From Fibrobacterales bacterium (GTDB lineage Bacteria > Fibrobacterota > Fibrobacteria > Fibrobacterales > JAOPTW01), in assembly GCA_051532035.1 (NCBI GenBank), contig JAOPTW010000036.1:64001-128000 (forward strand): a stretch of 64,000 bases of DNA, given 5' to 3'. Positions 18,554 through 29,418 of this stretch are shown in pieces; positions within the stretch are counted from its first letter, which is position 1; each line of letters begins with the position of its first letter. The notes under the pieces are model-generated. The model worked only from the letters and a program-made list of their open reading frames with translations, had not been told where the DNA came from and searched no databases. A program made the position numbers and the translations under genes.

Positions 18554-20056
18554 ATGAAAACAACTACAGCTATCCCCGACATTCATAAGGCCATATCAGA
18601 AAACAAGATAGAGTCTATCAAGAATATTCTCGATCAAAAAGATTGCGTCAATGAAGTCGATCATGAGCAACGGACTCCACTCATTTGGGCTGTCAGTTCC
18701 AATAATCTTGAGGTTATTGAGCTTCTCATTATTCATGGTGCAGATATAAATGCCAGTGATGCCAAAGGGGCAACGCCGCTTCTCTGGGCCGCACGTACTG
18801 GTAATCATGAAATATTTTTAAAACTTCTTGCCAATGGTGCCGATATTACTGCAACCGAAGAATCTGGTGGTTCTGTCCTCACGTGGGCAGCTTATGGAGG
18901 CAGTACTGAGACGGTTCAATTCTGTTTGGATAACGGTCAAGAACTCAATCAAAAGGATGCAAAAGGCTTCACTCCACTCATGCGTGCCCTCTATAGAGAA
19001 AACAGTGATACCGTACGATATCTTGTCGAACAAGGTGCAGGAATTGACGAACAAGAGGCCTCAGGTTGGACTGCCCTAGCCCTTGCTATTATTCAGAAAA
19101 AAAATGAGAGCGTTCGCTACTTACTTGACCAGGATGCGGACTGTAATCTAGGAAATAATGATGGCATTACACCACTGATGCTTGCCTCAAAAGATGGCAA
19201 CACTACACTCGTCGAACAGTTAATCTCACAAGACGCCTCAATAAATATTCAAGAGAAAGCGGGCAACACTGCTCTTATGCTCGCCTCCTATCATGGACAT
19301 TATGCTATTGTAAAGACCCTCCTTGAAGCAAATGCCGATTTAACCCTCACCTCTCAGGATGCCGTAACAGCTCTTATGCGTGCCTGCAGCGCTGGCCACC
19401 TGACTACTGCTGATCTTCTCATCTCAAAAGGAGCTGATGCGACACTCTGCGACGACAAGCAGCGCACGACCCTCATGTGGGCCGTACAAGGGCAGCAGAT
19501 TGATGTAGTTAAAAAGGTACTCAACAGTGGCGCCGATATTAATGCCGTCGATGCAAATGGTGGCTCTGCACTCATTTGGGCTGCCATGAAAGGTGATCTT
19601 ACTATTGTAACGCACCTATTCGAGAAAGGCGCGACGATGACTGCACAAGAAAAGTACAACGGGAACGCACTCAGTTGGGCCGCTTACTGTGGTCACCTTG
19701 AAGTGGTCACCTTCTTTTTTGGAAAAGGACTCTCATTGAATGAGACCACAGAAGATGGCAGTACTCCTCTTATGAGAGCTATTGAAAAGGGGCACCTTCA
19801 TATTGTTAAGTTTCTTACAGAAAATAATGGCGACCTTAATCACTCCAATAAAAAAGGGATTACCGCGCTTCTGTATGCAGTATACCATAAACAGATTGCT
19901 GCCGTTAAACTCCTTATAGAAAAAGGGGTTGACCTGAACCACTGTGATAACGAAAAGATGAATGCTGTGACTCTAGCAGAAAAAACACTCCAGCCAGATA
20001 TCGCCCATCTGCTTATAGAAGCAGGGGCAGACAATTCGCCAATTAATAGCAAATAG
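18554..20056 (+). CDS. ankyrin repeat protein (about 15 repeats)
   Basis: Tandem 33-aa G.TPL/TAL..A...G...V..LL..GAD.N units across the whole ORF; ATG at 18554 preferred. Confidence 0.93.
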   Translation: MKTTTAIPDIHKAISENKIESIKNILDQKDCVNEVDHEQRTPLIWAVSSNNLEVIELLIIHGADINASDAKGATPLLWAARTGNHEIFLKLLANGADITATEESGGSVLTWAAYGGSTETVQFCLDNGQELNQKDAKGFTPLMRALYRENSDTVRYLVEQGAGIDEQEASGWTALALAIIQKKNESVRYLLDQDADCNLGNNDGITPLMLASKDGNTTLVEQLISQDASINIQEKAGNTALMLASYHGHYAIVKTLLEANADLTLTSQDAVTALMRACSAGHLTTADLLISKGADATLCDDKQRTTLMWAVQGQQIDVVKKVLNSGADINAVDANGGSALIWAAMKGDLTIVTHLFEKGATMTAQEKYNGNALSWAAYCGHLEVVTFFFGKGLSLNETTEDGSTPLMRAIEKGHLHIVKFLTENNGDLNHSNKKGITALLYAVYHKQIAAVKLLIEKGVDLNHCDNEKMNAVTLAEKTLQPDIAHLLIEAGADNSPINSK

Positions 20057-20080
20057 ATTTTTATAATTCTATAAAAAATT

Positions 20081-20116
20081 AAAAAAGCCACACTTCAAAA
20101 TGAAGTGTGGCTTTTT
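20081..20116. terminator. bidirectional intrinsic terminator
   Basis: AAAAAAGCCACACTTCA-AAA-TGAAGTGTGGCTTTTT between the convergent ankyrin gene and pgi. Confidence 0.85.
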
Positions 20117-20145
20117 ATTTTCTAAAACTCAAACTGATTTGAATG

Positions 20146-21810
20146 CTATTTTTTATTTTTCAAATAGTAACGAATAAGTCCGTTAGTAGAGCTATCATGA
20201 CTGAGTGCAACATCTGCATCAGCATCACCAGCTTCGAGTTCAGGAAGAATAACTTTTGCAAGTTGTTTACCGAGCTCAACGCCCCACTGATCGTATGAGT
20301 TAACATTCCACACCGCACCTTGAACAAAGATTTTGTGTTCGTACATTGAAATCAAACTACCTAATGTTTTTGGATCAAGCTCTTTAAACATAAGTGCATT
20401 AGAAGGACGGTTCCCTTCGAATACTTTATGTGGTGCAAGAAATTCGATCTCTTCTGCACTCATACCCGAAGCTTTTAGCTCAGCGGTCGCTTCCTCATGC
20501 GTTTTACCATTCATAAGTGCTTCTGGCTGTGCAAAAAAGTTTGCCAGTAGTTTACGATGATGATCACCAATAGGGTTTTGTGAGTTTGCAGGAGCAATAA
20601 AATCACATGGAATCAATTTAGTACCTTGATGGATCAACTGATAAAAGGCATGTTGCCCATTAGTACCAGGCTCGCCCCAAAGAATTGGCCCTGTTTCGTA
20701 ATCAACAATATTTGATTCACGATCGACAGACTTACCATTTGACTCCATATCTGCCTGTTGGAAGTATGCTGCAAAACGGTGCATGTATTGATCATAGGGA
20801 AGAATTGTATATGACTCCGCGCCATAAAAGTTGTTGTACCAGATACCAAGAAGTGCAAGAATAACCGGAAGGTTCTCTTCAGGTGCTGCAGTTTTGAAAT
20901 GGTTATCCATTTCGTGCATGCCTTCGAGAAGCTGTGCAAAGTTATCCCAACCAAGTCCGAGTGCAAGAGGAGTACCAATTGCTGATGAGAGTGAATAACG
21001 GCCACCAACCCAGTTCCAAAACTCAAACATATTTTCTGTGTCAATACCAAATTTTGAAACTTCTTCAGTATTAGTTGAGAGAGCTGCAAAGTGTTTTGCA
21101 ATAGATGATGCATCACCGTCAAAAGCCGCAAGTACTGCGTCTTTAGCTGACTGTGCATTGGTCATAGTCTCTTGTGTCGTAAATGTTTTTGACGCTACAA
21201 GAAAAAGAGTCTCTTCGATATTTACTTTTTTGAGAGTCTCTGCAATGTGAGTACCATCTACATTTGATACAAAAAGTACTTCAGGAGTATTTTCTGGTTT
21301 AAAAGACTTGAGTGCTTCGTAGACCATTACCGGTCCGAGGTCTGAACCACCAATGCCAATATTTACTACTGTTTTAATCTCTTTGCCTGTATGTCCTTTC
21401 CACTCACCACTATTTACCTTATTGGTAAATGCTTCGATCTTTGCAAGTACATCATTTATAGCAGGCATTACATCAGCACCGTCAACGTCAATAGGTGTAT
21501 TTGAACGATTACGAAGTGCAACGTGAAGTACCGATCGTTTCTCTGTGGTATTAATTATCCCACCAGAAAACATCTGTTCTTTAAGTTCTTCATATTTACT
21601 TGATTTTAAAAGATCTATTAGACACTTTACCGTATCTTCAGAAATAATATTTTTTGAATAATCAAGAAAAATCCCGCAGGCTTCTTTTGAAAATTTTTCT
21701 GCACGGTCACTATCAGCAGCAAACATTTCACGCATGTGCCAGTCAAGGGTTTCATTATAATGGTCAACGAGGGTTTCCCACTCTTTACTCTCGGTCAATA
21801 CACTCAACAT
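20146..21810 (-). CDS. pgi: glucose-6-phosphate isomerase
   Basis: [35 protein letters not shown]. Confidence 0.98.
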   Translation of the reverse strand: MLSVLTESKEWETLVDHYNETLDWHMREMFAADSDRAEKFSKEACGIFLDYSKNIISEDTVKCLIDLLKSSKYEELKEQMFSGGIINTTEKRSVLHVALRNRSNTPIDVDGADVMPAINDVLAKIEAFTNKVNSGEWKGHTGKEIKTVVNIGIGGSDLGPVMVYEALKSFKPENTPEVLFVSNVDGTHIAETLKKVNIEETLFLVASKTFTTQETMTNAQSAKDAVLAAFDGDASSIAKHFAALSTNTEEVSKFGIDTENMFEFWNWVGGRYSLSSAIGTPLALGLGWDNFAQLLEGMHEMDNHFKTAAPEENLPVILALLGIWYNNFYGAESYTILPYDQYMHRFAAYFQQADMESNGKSVDRESNIVDYETGPILWGEPGTNGQHAFYQLIHQGTKLIPCDFIAPANSQNPIGDHHRKLLANFFAQPEALMNGKTHEEATAELKASGMSAEEIEFLAPHKVFEGNRPSNALMFKELDPKTLGSLISMYEHKIFVQGAVWNVNSYDQWGVELGKQLAKVILPELEAGDADADVALSHDSSTNGLIRYYLKNKK

Positions 21811-22059
21811 GTCCTCACATCTAATAAATTATTGTGCCACAATAATACGTAAATTAGCGAGATTTGTCCTCTCTCTTTCATTGCTAAATTTGAGCATTTT
21901 GTCTTTATATACCCATTTAAAAATTGTGGTTTTTGAAAAAATACAGTAAATTGACCTCTAAAATATGGCCCCACCGCCCCATTGTAAACTTATGTAAACT
22001 ATTTGTTAGCGTTCAGAGTATTTTATAGTAACACAAATACAACTAAACTGTGGAAATCT

Positions 22060-22443
22060 ATGAAAATACTATTAGTAGACGATACATTCATTATGCGAAA
22101 AATGCAAAAAAATACCCTTGAACAAATGGGGTACAATGAGATAGTTGAAGCCCGGAATGGAGTCGAGGCACTGCAAAAGCTCGAGGAAGACCCAGCTATT
22201 GGACTGGTATTACTCGACTGGGAAATGCCTACAATGAGTGGCCTCTCCGCATTAAAATCAATAAAATCAAATCCACTCCATCAAAACACTCCCGTTATTA
22301 TGGTAACCAGCCAAAAGAACCGTCCCAAAGTGATGGAGGCAATTAAGGCCGGAGTCAATGGATACATCATGGTCCCTTTTAAAGCCAATGATTATATCAA
22401 TAAAATAGAGTCAGTTATGGGTAATTCCATGGTTGTCGCATAA
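22060..22443 (+). CDS. single-domain response regulator (CheY-like, atypical: conserved Lys absent)
   Basis: LLVDD, LLDWEMP, VIMVTS; YIMVPF in place of YxxKPF. Confidence 0.88.
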   Translation: MKILLVDDTFIMRKMQKNTLEQMGYNEIVEARNGVEALQKLEEDPAIGLVLLDWEMPTMSGLSALKSIKSNPLHQNTPVIMVTSQKNRPKVMEAIKAGVNGYIMVPFKANDYINKIESVMGNSMVVA

Positions 22444-22531
22444 GGGTACTCAAAATTGTTAATTCTCCTATTTAGTTATACCTTTTCCCCAATTAGTGTA
22501 GTACAGTTTAAGTGATGCTACTTATTAGTGA

Positions 22532-22921
22532 ATGATTATGAAAATTATGCTTGTAGACGATTCCTCTACGATGAGAAGAATCCAGAAAAATACTCTTGCT
22601 CGTATTGGTTATGATACGATTGTTGAAGCAGCCGATGGTCAAGAGTGTCTTAATATGCTCGGACAGCAATCAGATATAAGTCTCGTACTTATGGATTGGA
22701 ATATGCCTAATATGGATGGAATCACCGCACTCAAAGCGATCAAATCTGCAGATTCATTTAAACACATACCGGTTATCATGGTCACTTCGGAGTCTTCAAA
22801 AGATAAAATTATGGAAGCGATTCAATCAGGTGCTTCAAGTTATGTCGTTAAACCGTTTGAACCCAAAGTTATCGAAGAGAAAATTGAAAAGGTTATCGAA
22901 ATTAATAACCTACAAAAATAA
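22532..22921 (+). CDS. cheY: chemotaxis response regulator CheY
   Basis: LVDDSSTMRRI, MDWNMPNMDG, MVTSE, YVVKPF; start could be 22538. Confidence 0.85.
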   Translation: MIMKIMLVDDSSTMRRIQKNTLARIGYDTIVEAADGQECLNMLGQQSDISLVLMDWNMPNMDGITALKAIKSADSFKHIPVIMVTSESSKDKIMEAIQSGASSYVVKPFEPKVIEEKIEKVIEINNLQK

Positions 22922-22923
22922 CC

Positions 22924-24822
22924 TTAGTTCAAGCCAAGTCTGCTTTTTAGTTTTTTATACGTCATTGTGTAATAGGGCTTCATCATTGATTCCCGATAAT
23001 CAAATCCAAATGCACGACGAGACACCGCTACAACAGGTGGTGCTTGTACCCTTTTTGCGACTCCCATTCCTTTGAAAAGAATCCACCACCGTTCAAGGTC
23101 AATTACAAAATCTACAATATCAGGAAATACCGATTTAATATCATGAGGAAGATCGAGTTCATCATTGAGGGTACCCATGTGATACCACTGAAGAATTTCT
23201 TCTGGTGTAATTCGATTCCAGCGCTGCATCCATGCATGAAAAAGTCGGTCGTGATACCAATAAATCATTGGATCCCCCTTATCAGCATCAACATCTTGCG
23301 CATCACTCAATTCAGCAGAGGGAACAATGGTAAAGGTCCCTTCGGGTATAATGGTGCGTCCCCATTTTTTATTATTTAAATAGCGTCCCAAATCATATAC
23401 TTGCTCTTTCCAGAGGTCGGCCAATAGCGCAAGAAAACCACCATGATCACCATAGAGAGTAGAGTACCCTACTGTAGTCTCTGCTTTATTTGCATTGCAG
23501 GTAAACACCCCACCAAAAGCAGAAGAGAGCGCTGCTAAAATACGAGAGGAGCGGTCACGAGCCTGTACATTTTCGAGATGAAACCCAGAGAGGGCAAGAA
23601 CTTCTGACGCTCCATCCGGAGCATGTAATGTGAGATTATCAATCTGACTTTCTGTCAAAGTAACCGATGATTCAATAGGAATATCAGTATAGTAACACCC
23701 AATATTTTCTGCGAGCTCCCGTGCAAGGTTTATAGTCGTCTGGGAGTTGTACTGACTCGGCATATTAACTAAGAGTAGATCATGAGGATCGACAATCAAT
23801 CCGTAGAGAGCTGCTGCTACAGCAGAATCTATACCACCCGAAACTCCTATAACCACACGCTTTAATCCACACTGCTCCATATATTTTTTTGCAGAATAGA
23901 GAAGTGAATCGGCAATTTCACTACTCCGCGATCCATTATCTTTTTGTTCAATTTTCAAAAAGGACTCGGTCATATTCAATGAACAGGTAAATACCGTAGA
24001 GAGATAGGCAGGAAGTTTTACAACGGTCCCACCATCTGCATCATAGAGAGTACTCTGGCCATCAAAGGAGTATATTGTTTTGGCATTATTCTGTACTCCT
24101 GTATTATTAACATACAGCAAAGGAACCTGTGATCTTTTCGCATGAGCAGCAAATACCCGGTCCCGTTTGTCGCTTTTGCCAAGAGTGAAAGGAGAACTAC
24201 TCAGATTAAGGAGTATATCAACCCCTTTCTTTGCGAGTATATCAACAATATTGAGATTATAGTCATCCCCCCAGCCATCTTCACAAAGCATCCCCCCAAG
24301 GCGCACTGGAGATTCCTCAAAAGGAACGACAAATGGTTCAAGAAGATCTTCTACTGTGGTACCACGAGATTGAGCAAGTACTTGTAAATCTGAAAAGTGT
24401 CGATTCTCTTCGAACTCCCGATAGTTGGGTAATAAGGTTTTAGGTTGAAATTTAAGATCGAGTTTTTCTGATCGAATAAATTTTCTCTGGTAGGCAACAT
24501 AGAGTCCGTTGTACTTCATACGTCTGCCATCGGTTCCCAGTGCCGTTTCATCTACTGCAACATTACCAAATACAATACATATTTCACGAGAAAGTCTCCG
24601 TACCATATCTCCATAGGTGAGACAATCCTGAACAAAAGCACGCTCTTCCCAAAGGTCACCAATAAGGTATCCCGAGAGACAAAACTCAGGAAACACAATA
24701 ATGTGCGCACCTTTAGCAAGGGCCTCTGTAACACTTTGCTCTATCGTTGTATAGTTGAGGTCAGGGCGCCCTGGTTCTATCTCAATTTGCCCAATAGCTA
24801 TGGTTAATGCAGCGCTACTCAT
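22924..24822 (-). CDS. nadE: glutamine-dependent NAD+ synthetase
   Basis: CN-hydrolase triad (FPE, K, CED) plus SGGIDSA, ENVQAR.R, PSAEL; ATG at 24822 overlaps the nudix stop. Confidence 0.93.
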   Translation of the reverse strand: MSSAALTIAIGQIEIEPGRPDLNYTTIEQSVTEALAKGAHIIVFPEFCLSGYLIGDLWEERAFVQDCLTYGDMVRRLSREICIVFGNVAVDETALGTDGRRMKYNGLYVAYQRKFIRSEKLDLKFQPKTLLPNYREFEENRHFSDLQVLAQSRGTTVEDLLEPFVVPFEESPVRLGGMLCEDGWGDDYNLNIVDILAKKGVDILLNLSSSPFTLGKSDKRDRVFAAHAKRSQVPLLYVNNTGVQNNAKTIYSFDGQSTLYDADGGTVVKLPAYLSTVFTCSLNMTESFLKIEQKDNGSRSSEIADSLLYSAKKYMEQCGLKRVVIGVSGGIDSAVAAALYGLIVDPHDLLLVNMPSQYNSQTTINLARELAENIGCYYTDIPIESSVTLTESQIDNLTLHAPDGASEVLALSGFHLENVQARDRSSRILAALSSAFGGVFTCNANKAETTVGYSTLYGDHGGFLALLADLWKEQVYDLGRYLNNKKWGRTIIPEGTFTIVPSAELSDAQDVDADKGDPMIYWYHDRLFHAWMQRWNRITPEEILQWYHMGTLNDELDLPHDIKSVFPDIVDFVIDLERWWILFKGMGVAKRVQAPPVVAVSRRAFGFDYRESMMKPYYTMTYKKLKSRLGLN

Positions 24823-25534
24823 GGGACTTGCTCCACTCTTCATAGAGATAAAACGCACAGATATTTTTTGCATCTATCGCAAGGGTTTTACGTGCTTCTG
24901 TATAGGGAGCAATTTTTATCTGTATCACTTCATCTTCGTCATCGTGAATGCGGTGCTTGTTATGATATGCATCAATAAAGGATCGGTCAACGGTTCTCTC
25001 TAACAAAAATATTCTTAAAAACTCATCCATGCCGCCTACCGAACAGTAGATCCCGTTCGCGTCCATCCCCAGAACCTCTTTTGTTAGATCCACCAGTTCT
25101 CCCGGTTCCGTTTTAAGGTCAGCCTCTTCTTCAAGTTCACAGCGCATTATACCCTCATAATCACTGCTATGATCGAGCATTCCTGCGGGAATTTCTGGAC
25201 AGCGACGCATTCCCACACCAATGCGGGATTGTTCAACATAGAGTATATATTTATCATTTTCACAGTGGAGTACAATGAAGCACCCAACAGCGCCACCGCG
25301 AAGCATAACAATTCCATTAACTCGTCTTCCCTGTTCATCAACGGCATCGCAATCTAACTTAAGAAAGAGTAAATGTTTTGCACCCTTCTTTTGAATAAAG
25401 TCTGCGGATTGAAAGTTAAGACCCTGAACAACAATTTCTGGATCGAGTCCTTTGAGCCAATCATTGAGTAACGTCCCATTAACAATGAGGTCTTCTTCCT
25501 CTTCTGTGGGCGAAAATTGAAAACTGTGATACAT
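24815..25534 (-). CDS. Nudix hydrolase (ADP-sugar/ADP-ribose pyrophosphatase-like)
   Basis: RGGAV, VEQ.R, EIPAGMLD....CELEEE Nudix box, S.GG.DE. Confidence 0.85.
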   Translation of the reverse strand: MYHSFQFSPTEEEEDLIVNGTLLNDWLKGLDPEIVVQGLNFQSADFIQKKGAKHLLFLKLDCDAVDEQGRRVNGIVMLRGGAVGCFIVLHCENDKYILYVEQSRIGVGMRRCPEIPAGMLDHSSDYEGIMRCELEEEADLKTEPGELVDLTKEVLGMDANGIYCSVGGMDEFLRIFLLERTVDRSFIDAYHNKHRIHDDEDEVIQIKIAPYTEARKTLAIDAKNICAFYLYEEWSKSHE

Positions 25535-25730
25535 TGGAGTACCGTCTAATAGAATTATGCTTAAAATAGCTTAATCTAGAGCTGATGTAAATTATAGAAT
25601 TTCTGAACATAGGTTAGGGCACTTCTAAAATAAGCTGCTATTGTGAGTGGGGCACTCATTCTCTCCACTGAACAGCCCAACAGTGAGCATAATTACTATA
25701 CTTTATTGAAATAACTAGCCCGTACCTCTT

Positions 25731-26768
25731 ATGCTCAAAAAAACCATTATTCTTGGGGTTGCTCTCCTTACAATTCTTGGGATGCGGTACTATTTCAGAT
25801 CGCAACAACCCCTTCCTTCAGAAAGTACGTGGCACAAACGTCATTTCAATAATCTCTATACTCAAATAAATCTCACTCACTTTACCACACCCTCCATCGA
25901 CTCCCTTGTATATGATTCACTCGTGTCGACTTTTACAACATTTACCGAACAAGTACAGGCTAACTCATCTCTCGATTCCATAGTTTTTCACGCCGACTCT
26001 GGGGCTCAAATCCCCCTTTCTCCGGTTCTCTATGAACTTTTTGCATACGGCCTCACGACATTTTCCCAAACAGATGGTGCTATAAATGTTGGTATCGGAA
26101 ACTTACTCAGAGAGTATGGCCTTCTTTGGAATATGACGCCTCACCTCCCGAGCAAAGAAGCCATTACCCATTTAGTCAACAAAATGAACACCCCTTTTTA
26201 CCGACTCGACAGTACAACACAATCAATTATTATTGAACGCACGAGAGAACACTTTGCCCTTGGTTCATTTTCAAAAGGCAAGGCTCTCGATCTTGCTGAA
26301 TCTATTTTTTCCCACTATAGCATTGAACACTATCTTCTCGAAGTGGGTGGCGATATTATCTACAAAGGACAAAACCATAAAAACCGTCCTTGGACTGTCG
26401 GTATACAAGACCCCAACACCTCCCATGGCCTTCTGTCGGCACTCTCTCTTGCAGACCCTCGGCTTAACAGCATGGCTACTTCAGGAGGCTATGAGAAATA
26501 CTTTGTCGATGCGACCGGAGTAAAACATCACCACATTATCAACCCAAAAACGGGTTACTCTATAACCGACAAAAAAAGTGTCTCAGTTGTCAGCAGTGGT
26601 GGCATGGCAACAGATTTCTGGGCAACCTATCTCTTCGTACTCCCTGTAGACTCTGCAATAGCACTCGTAGAGAGGACAAAATATCTCGAAGCAATAATTA
26701 TCGCAGCCAATGACTCCATGAGTGTCAGTAGCGGCCTTACAAACAAGATAACCCCTTTAACGAAATAA
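25731..26768 (+). CDS. apbE: FAD:protein FMN transferase
   Basis: SKGKALD, VGGDI, W.VGIQDP, ATSGGYE, HHIINPKTG. Confidence 0.88.
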   Translation: MLKKTIILGVALLTILGMRYYFRSQQPLPSESTWHKRHFNNLYTQINLTHFTTPSIDSLVYDSLVSTFTTFTEQVQANSSLDSIVFHADSGAQIPLSPVLYELFAYGLTTFSQTDGAINVGIGNLLREYGLLWNMTPHLPSKEAITHLVNKMNTPFYRLDSTTQSIIIERTREHFALGSFSKGKALDLAESIFSHYSIEHYLLEVGGDIIYKGQNHKNRPWTVGIQDPNTSHGLLSALSLADPRLNSMATSGGYEKYFVDATGVKHHHIINPKTGYSITDKKSVSVVSSGGMATDFWATYLFVLPVDSAIALVERTKYLEAIIIAANDSMSVSSGLTNKITPLTK

Positions 26769-26786
26769 ACCTCACTAAGGATTGAT

Positions 26787-27776
26787 ATGCAATATAATCG
26801 ACTCGGAACATCAGGACTACAAGTAAGTGAACTCTCTTTTGGCTCATGGGTAACGTTTCACGATCAACTCGGAATCGCCGAAGCTAAAAAATGCATGCAT
26901 GCTGCATTCGAAGCAGGGGTCAACTTTTTTGACAATGCCGAAGCCTATGCCGGCGGTAAAGCCGAAGTTGTAATGGGCGAAGCGCTTAAAGAGTTTAACC
27001 GCGATGAACTCGTTATATCTACAAAAATTTTCTGGGGTGGTAAAAAACCAAACCAAGAAGGTCTTTCGCGTAAACACATTATAGAGGGTACCCAAAATGC
27101 TCTAAAACGATTTGATCTTGATTATGTAGACCTTCTGTATTGTCACCGCCCAGACCCCCATACCCCAATCGAAGAGACCGTGAGAGCGATGAACTGGTGT
27201 ATCGAAAAAGGATACGCATTCTACTGGGGAACTTCTGAGTGGACCGCAAAAGAGATTCAAGAAGCAATTGATATCTGTGATCGTCTTGGCCTTATACGAC
27301 CCACTATGGAACAACCACAATATAACATGCTTGTTCGCGACAAGGTAGAACGTGAGTTTGCTCCTCTCTATGCAAAATATGGATTAGGCACAACTATTTG
27401 GAGCCCCTTGGCAAGTGGTGTTCTTACAGGTAAATACAATGATGGCATCCCTAAAGATTCACGTCTCGCACAAGTTGATTGGCTCAGAGATATGTTTCAA
27501 AATGAAGGTGGCTTTTTGAGTGGTGATGAAGTAATTTTAAAAATTAAGAAGATCACCGAAATTGCTCAGGACCTCGGGTGCTCAACCGCACAACTTGCTC
27601 TCGCATGGTGCCTCAAGAATCCTCATGTCTCTACGGTAATAACTGGCGCGAGTCGTATTGAACAAGTTACTGAAAACATGAAAGCAATTGAAATCAAAAA
27701 GAGTCTTACAGAAGAACTCATGACAACCATTGATGAAATTCTGGGCAACAAGCCCGACATGAGTGCTGAGTGGTAA
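26787..27776 (+). CDS. aldo/keto reductase (Kv-beta-like)
   Basis: LG.SGL.VSELSFGSW, FDNAEAY, GLSRKHI, CHRPD, WSPLASGVLTGKY. Confidence 0.93.
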   Translation: MQYNRLGTSGLQVSELSFGSWVTFHDQLGIAEAKKCMHAAFEAGVNFFDNAEAYAGGKAEVVMGEALKEFNRDELVISTKIFWGGKKPNQEGLSRKHIIEGTQNALKRFDLDYVDLLYCHRPDPHTPIEETVRAMNWCIEKGYAFYWGTSEWTAKEIQEAIDICDRLGLIRPTMEQPQYNMLVRDKVEREFAPLYAKYGLGTTIWSPLASGVLTGKYNDGIPKDSRLAQVDWLRDMFQNEGGFLSGDEVILKIKKITEIAQDLGCSTAQLALAWCLKNPHVSTVITGASRIEQVTENMKAIEIKKSLTEELMTTIDEILGNKPDMSAEW

Positions 27777-27797
27777 TTACCTCGGCGTAAAATTGTC

Positions 27798-27828
27798 AGA
27801 CCCACCTCACATGAGTTGGGTCTTTTTT
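27798..27828 (+). terminator. intrinsic terminator
   Basis: AGACCCACCTCA-CA-TGAGTTGGGTCT followed by a T-tract. Confidence 0.65.
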
Positions 27829-28759
27829 ATTGATTAGAATACAGAAAAGACTCAGCCACTATCTGAGTACCACGTTCAGTAGCCATATCTTTATCCCAGC
27901 CCCATGGCGTAATGAGTGTACATTTTACTTGTGCGGCACCAAGCGCACCGGGAATTGCCTTCTGTATGGATACTCCGTCAGCGAGTTGTGCAAGAAGACT
28001 CCCCAAGAAGACATCACCTGCCCCAATGGGATTAACAACAGAGTTAAGCACAGACTGTTGATACTCTACTAACTCCTCCCCATCACAATACCACGTTGAT
28101 CGTGGGCCATCAGTTACAATAATCTGCGCTACTCCATATTGATTTTGTAGCCGACACCACCCAACTGCGACATCTTCTGTATCAACGAGTTCCAATAGTT
28201 CATCTCGATTAATTTTAAGAAGCCATACTCCATGTTTCAAAATGGACTCCACCTGCTTCACTCCATCAAGCACTACTCGACACTCTTTCATTTCACTAAG
28301 AATTATATTAAAAAGATAGTCAGGGGTTCCTTGAGGATACGTTCCACAAAAAGCAACGTAAGTGTATCCTGAGACTACAGTCTTTAATTGGTCAGCAAAT
28401 GTCACCATGTCATGTTCGGTAACAGTGAGCCCAGGTTCAATAATTTCTGTTACAGGGCCCGTTTCGCTTATCAGAGAGTGACAAAAACGCACCTCTCCCT
28501 CACCGCTACAGATAAGAGAGCCAATAGTATTCCCTGTCAAAAATTGAGTAATGGCACTAGCCTTAGAGCCAGATAGTACATGAGCAAGGGTCACCTGAGC
28601 TCCCCACGCCTTTGCAGCCATAGCGCAGTTAATTCCTTTACCCGAAGGAAACTCCTGTATTGACGTCACTCTATTGACTTCTCCAAGAGAGAGAGACGAT
28701 AAGTGCATAACTCGTTGCCACGAAGGATTAAGTCCAATAATTAAAAGAGGGAGCGACAT
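27827..28759 (-). CDS. PfkB family carbohydrate kinase (1-phosphofructokinase-like)
   Basis: LNPS, GKGIN, KINRDEL, VNPIGAGD. Confidence 0.85.
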   Translation of the reverse strand: MSLPLLIIGLNPSWQRVMHLSSLSLGEVNRVTSIQEFPSGKGINCAMAAKAWGAQVTLAHVLSGSKASAITQFLTGNTIGSLICSGEGEVRFCHSLISETGPVTEIIEPGLTVTEHDMVTFADQLKTVVSGYTYVAFCGTYPQGTPDYLFNIILSEMKECRVVLDGVKQVESILKHGVWLLKINRDELLELVDTEDVAVGWCRLQNQYGVAQIIVTDGPRSTWYCDGEELVEYQQSVLNSVVNPIGAGDVFLGSLLAQLADGVSIQKAIPGALGAAQVKCTLITPWGWDKDMATERGTQIVAESFLYSNQ

Positions 28760-28767
28760 TGTCTATC

Positions 28768-29418
28768 CTAAGAGTGTAACCATGTCGGTAAATCATTTAG
28801 ATCATTTAGTATATGCGTTTCATCTAAGATCGCGTGCCACTGTTTTTGTGATTGATGCCCCGCTTCAATAAGGAGTGCATCGATACCATTCTCTTTGGCT
28901 ACTTCATAATCGTGTAAGGTATCACCAACCAACAGTGTCTGGCTAGGGTTGATATCGTACCGATCAAGCATCTCTTTAAGAGAGTGACTTTTTGAATCAG
29001 CACGATCATCAGTCACGCCATACACTGCGGTAAAAAAAGCGTCTACACCATATTCTTTTACAGCAATATCCAAGCGTTCCTGTTTATAGGCAGATATGAT
29101 ACCAAGGGAATAGTGTTGCCCTAACGCCTCAAGTACCTCCATAGTACCTGTATGGAGCAGTACTGTATCGAGAGCAGCATGATAGATATTCATAAATACC
29201 TGTGAAAGGTCATCAAATGTGTAATCAGAAAAGTCAAAACCAAGTTTCTCATAAAACTCTATGAGTGGAAAACCAAAATGGTCGAGGTACCACTCACGGG
29301 TTATTTCTGGTACAGAGTACTGCTTACAAATTGTGTTCACAATCTTGAGGCCATAATCTACATCATCCAGAAGAGTGCCATTCCAATCAAATAAGATCCA
29401 TTGATACTTGTGAGCCAT
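28768..29418 (-). CDS. HAD family hydrolase (Gph-like)
   Basis: FDWNGTLLD, VGDTLHD. Confidence 0.88.
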   Translation of the reverse strand: MAHKYQWILFDWNGTLLDDVDYGLKIVNTICKQYSVPEITREWYLDHFGFPLIEFYEKLGFDFSDYTFDDLSQVFMNIYHAALDTVLLHTGTMEVLEALGQHYSLGIISAYKQERLDIAVKEYGVDAFFTAVYGVTDDRADSKSHSLKEMLDRYDINPSQTLLVGDTLHDYEVAKENGIDALLIEAGHQSQKQWHAILDETHILNDLNDLPTWLHS

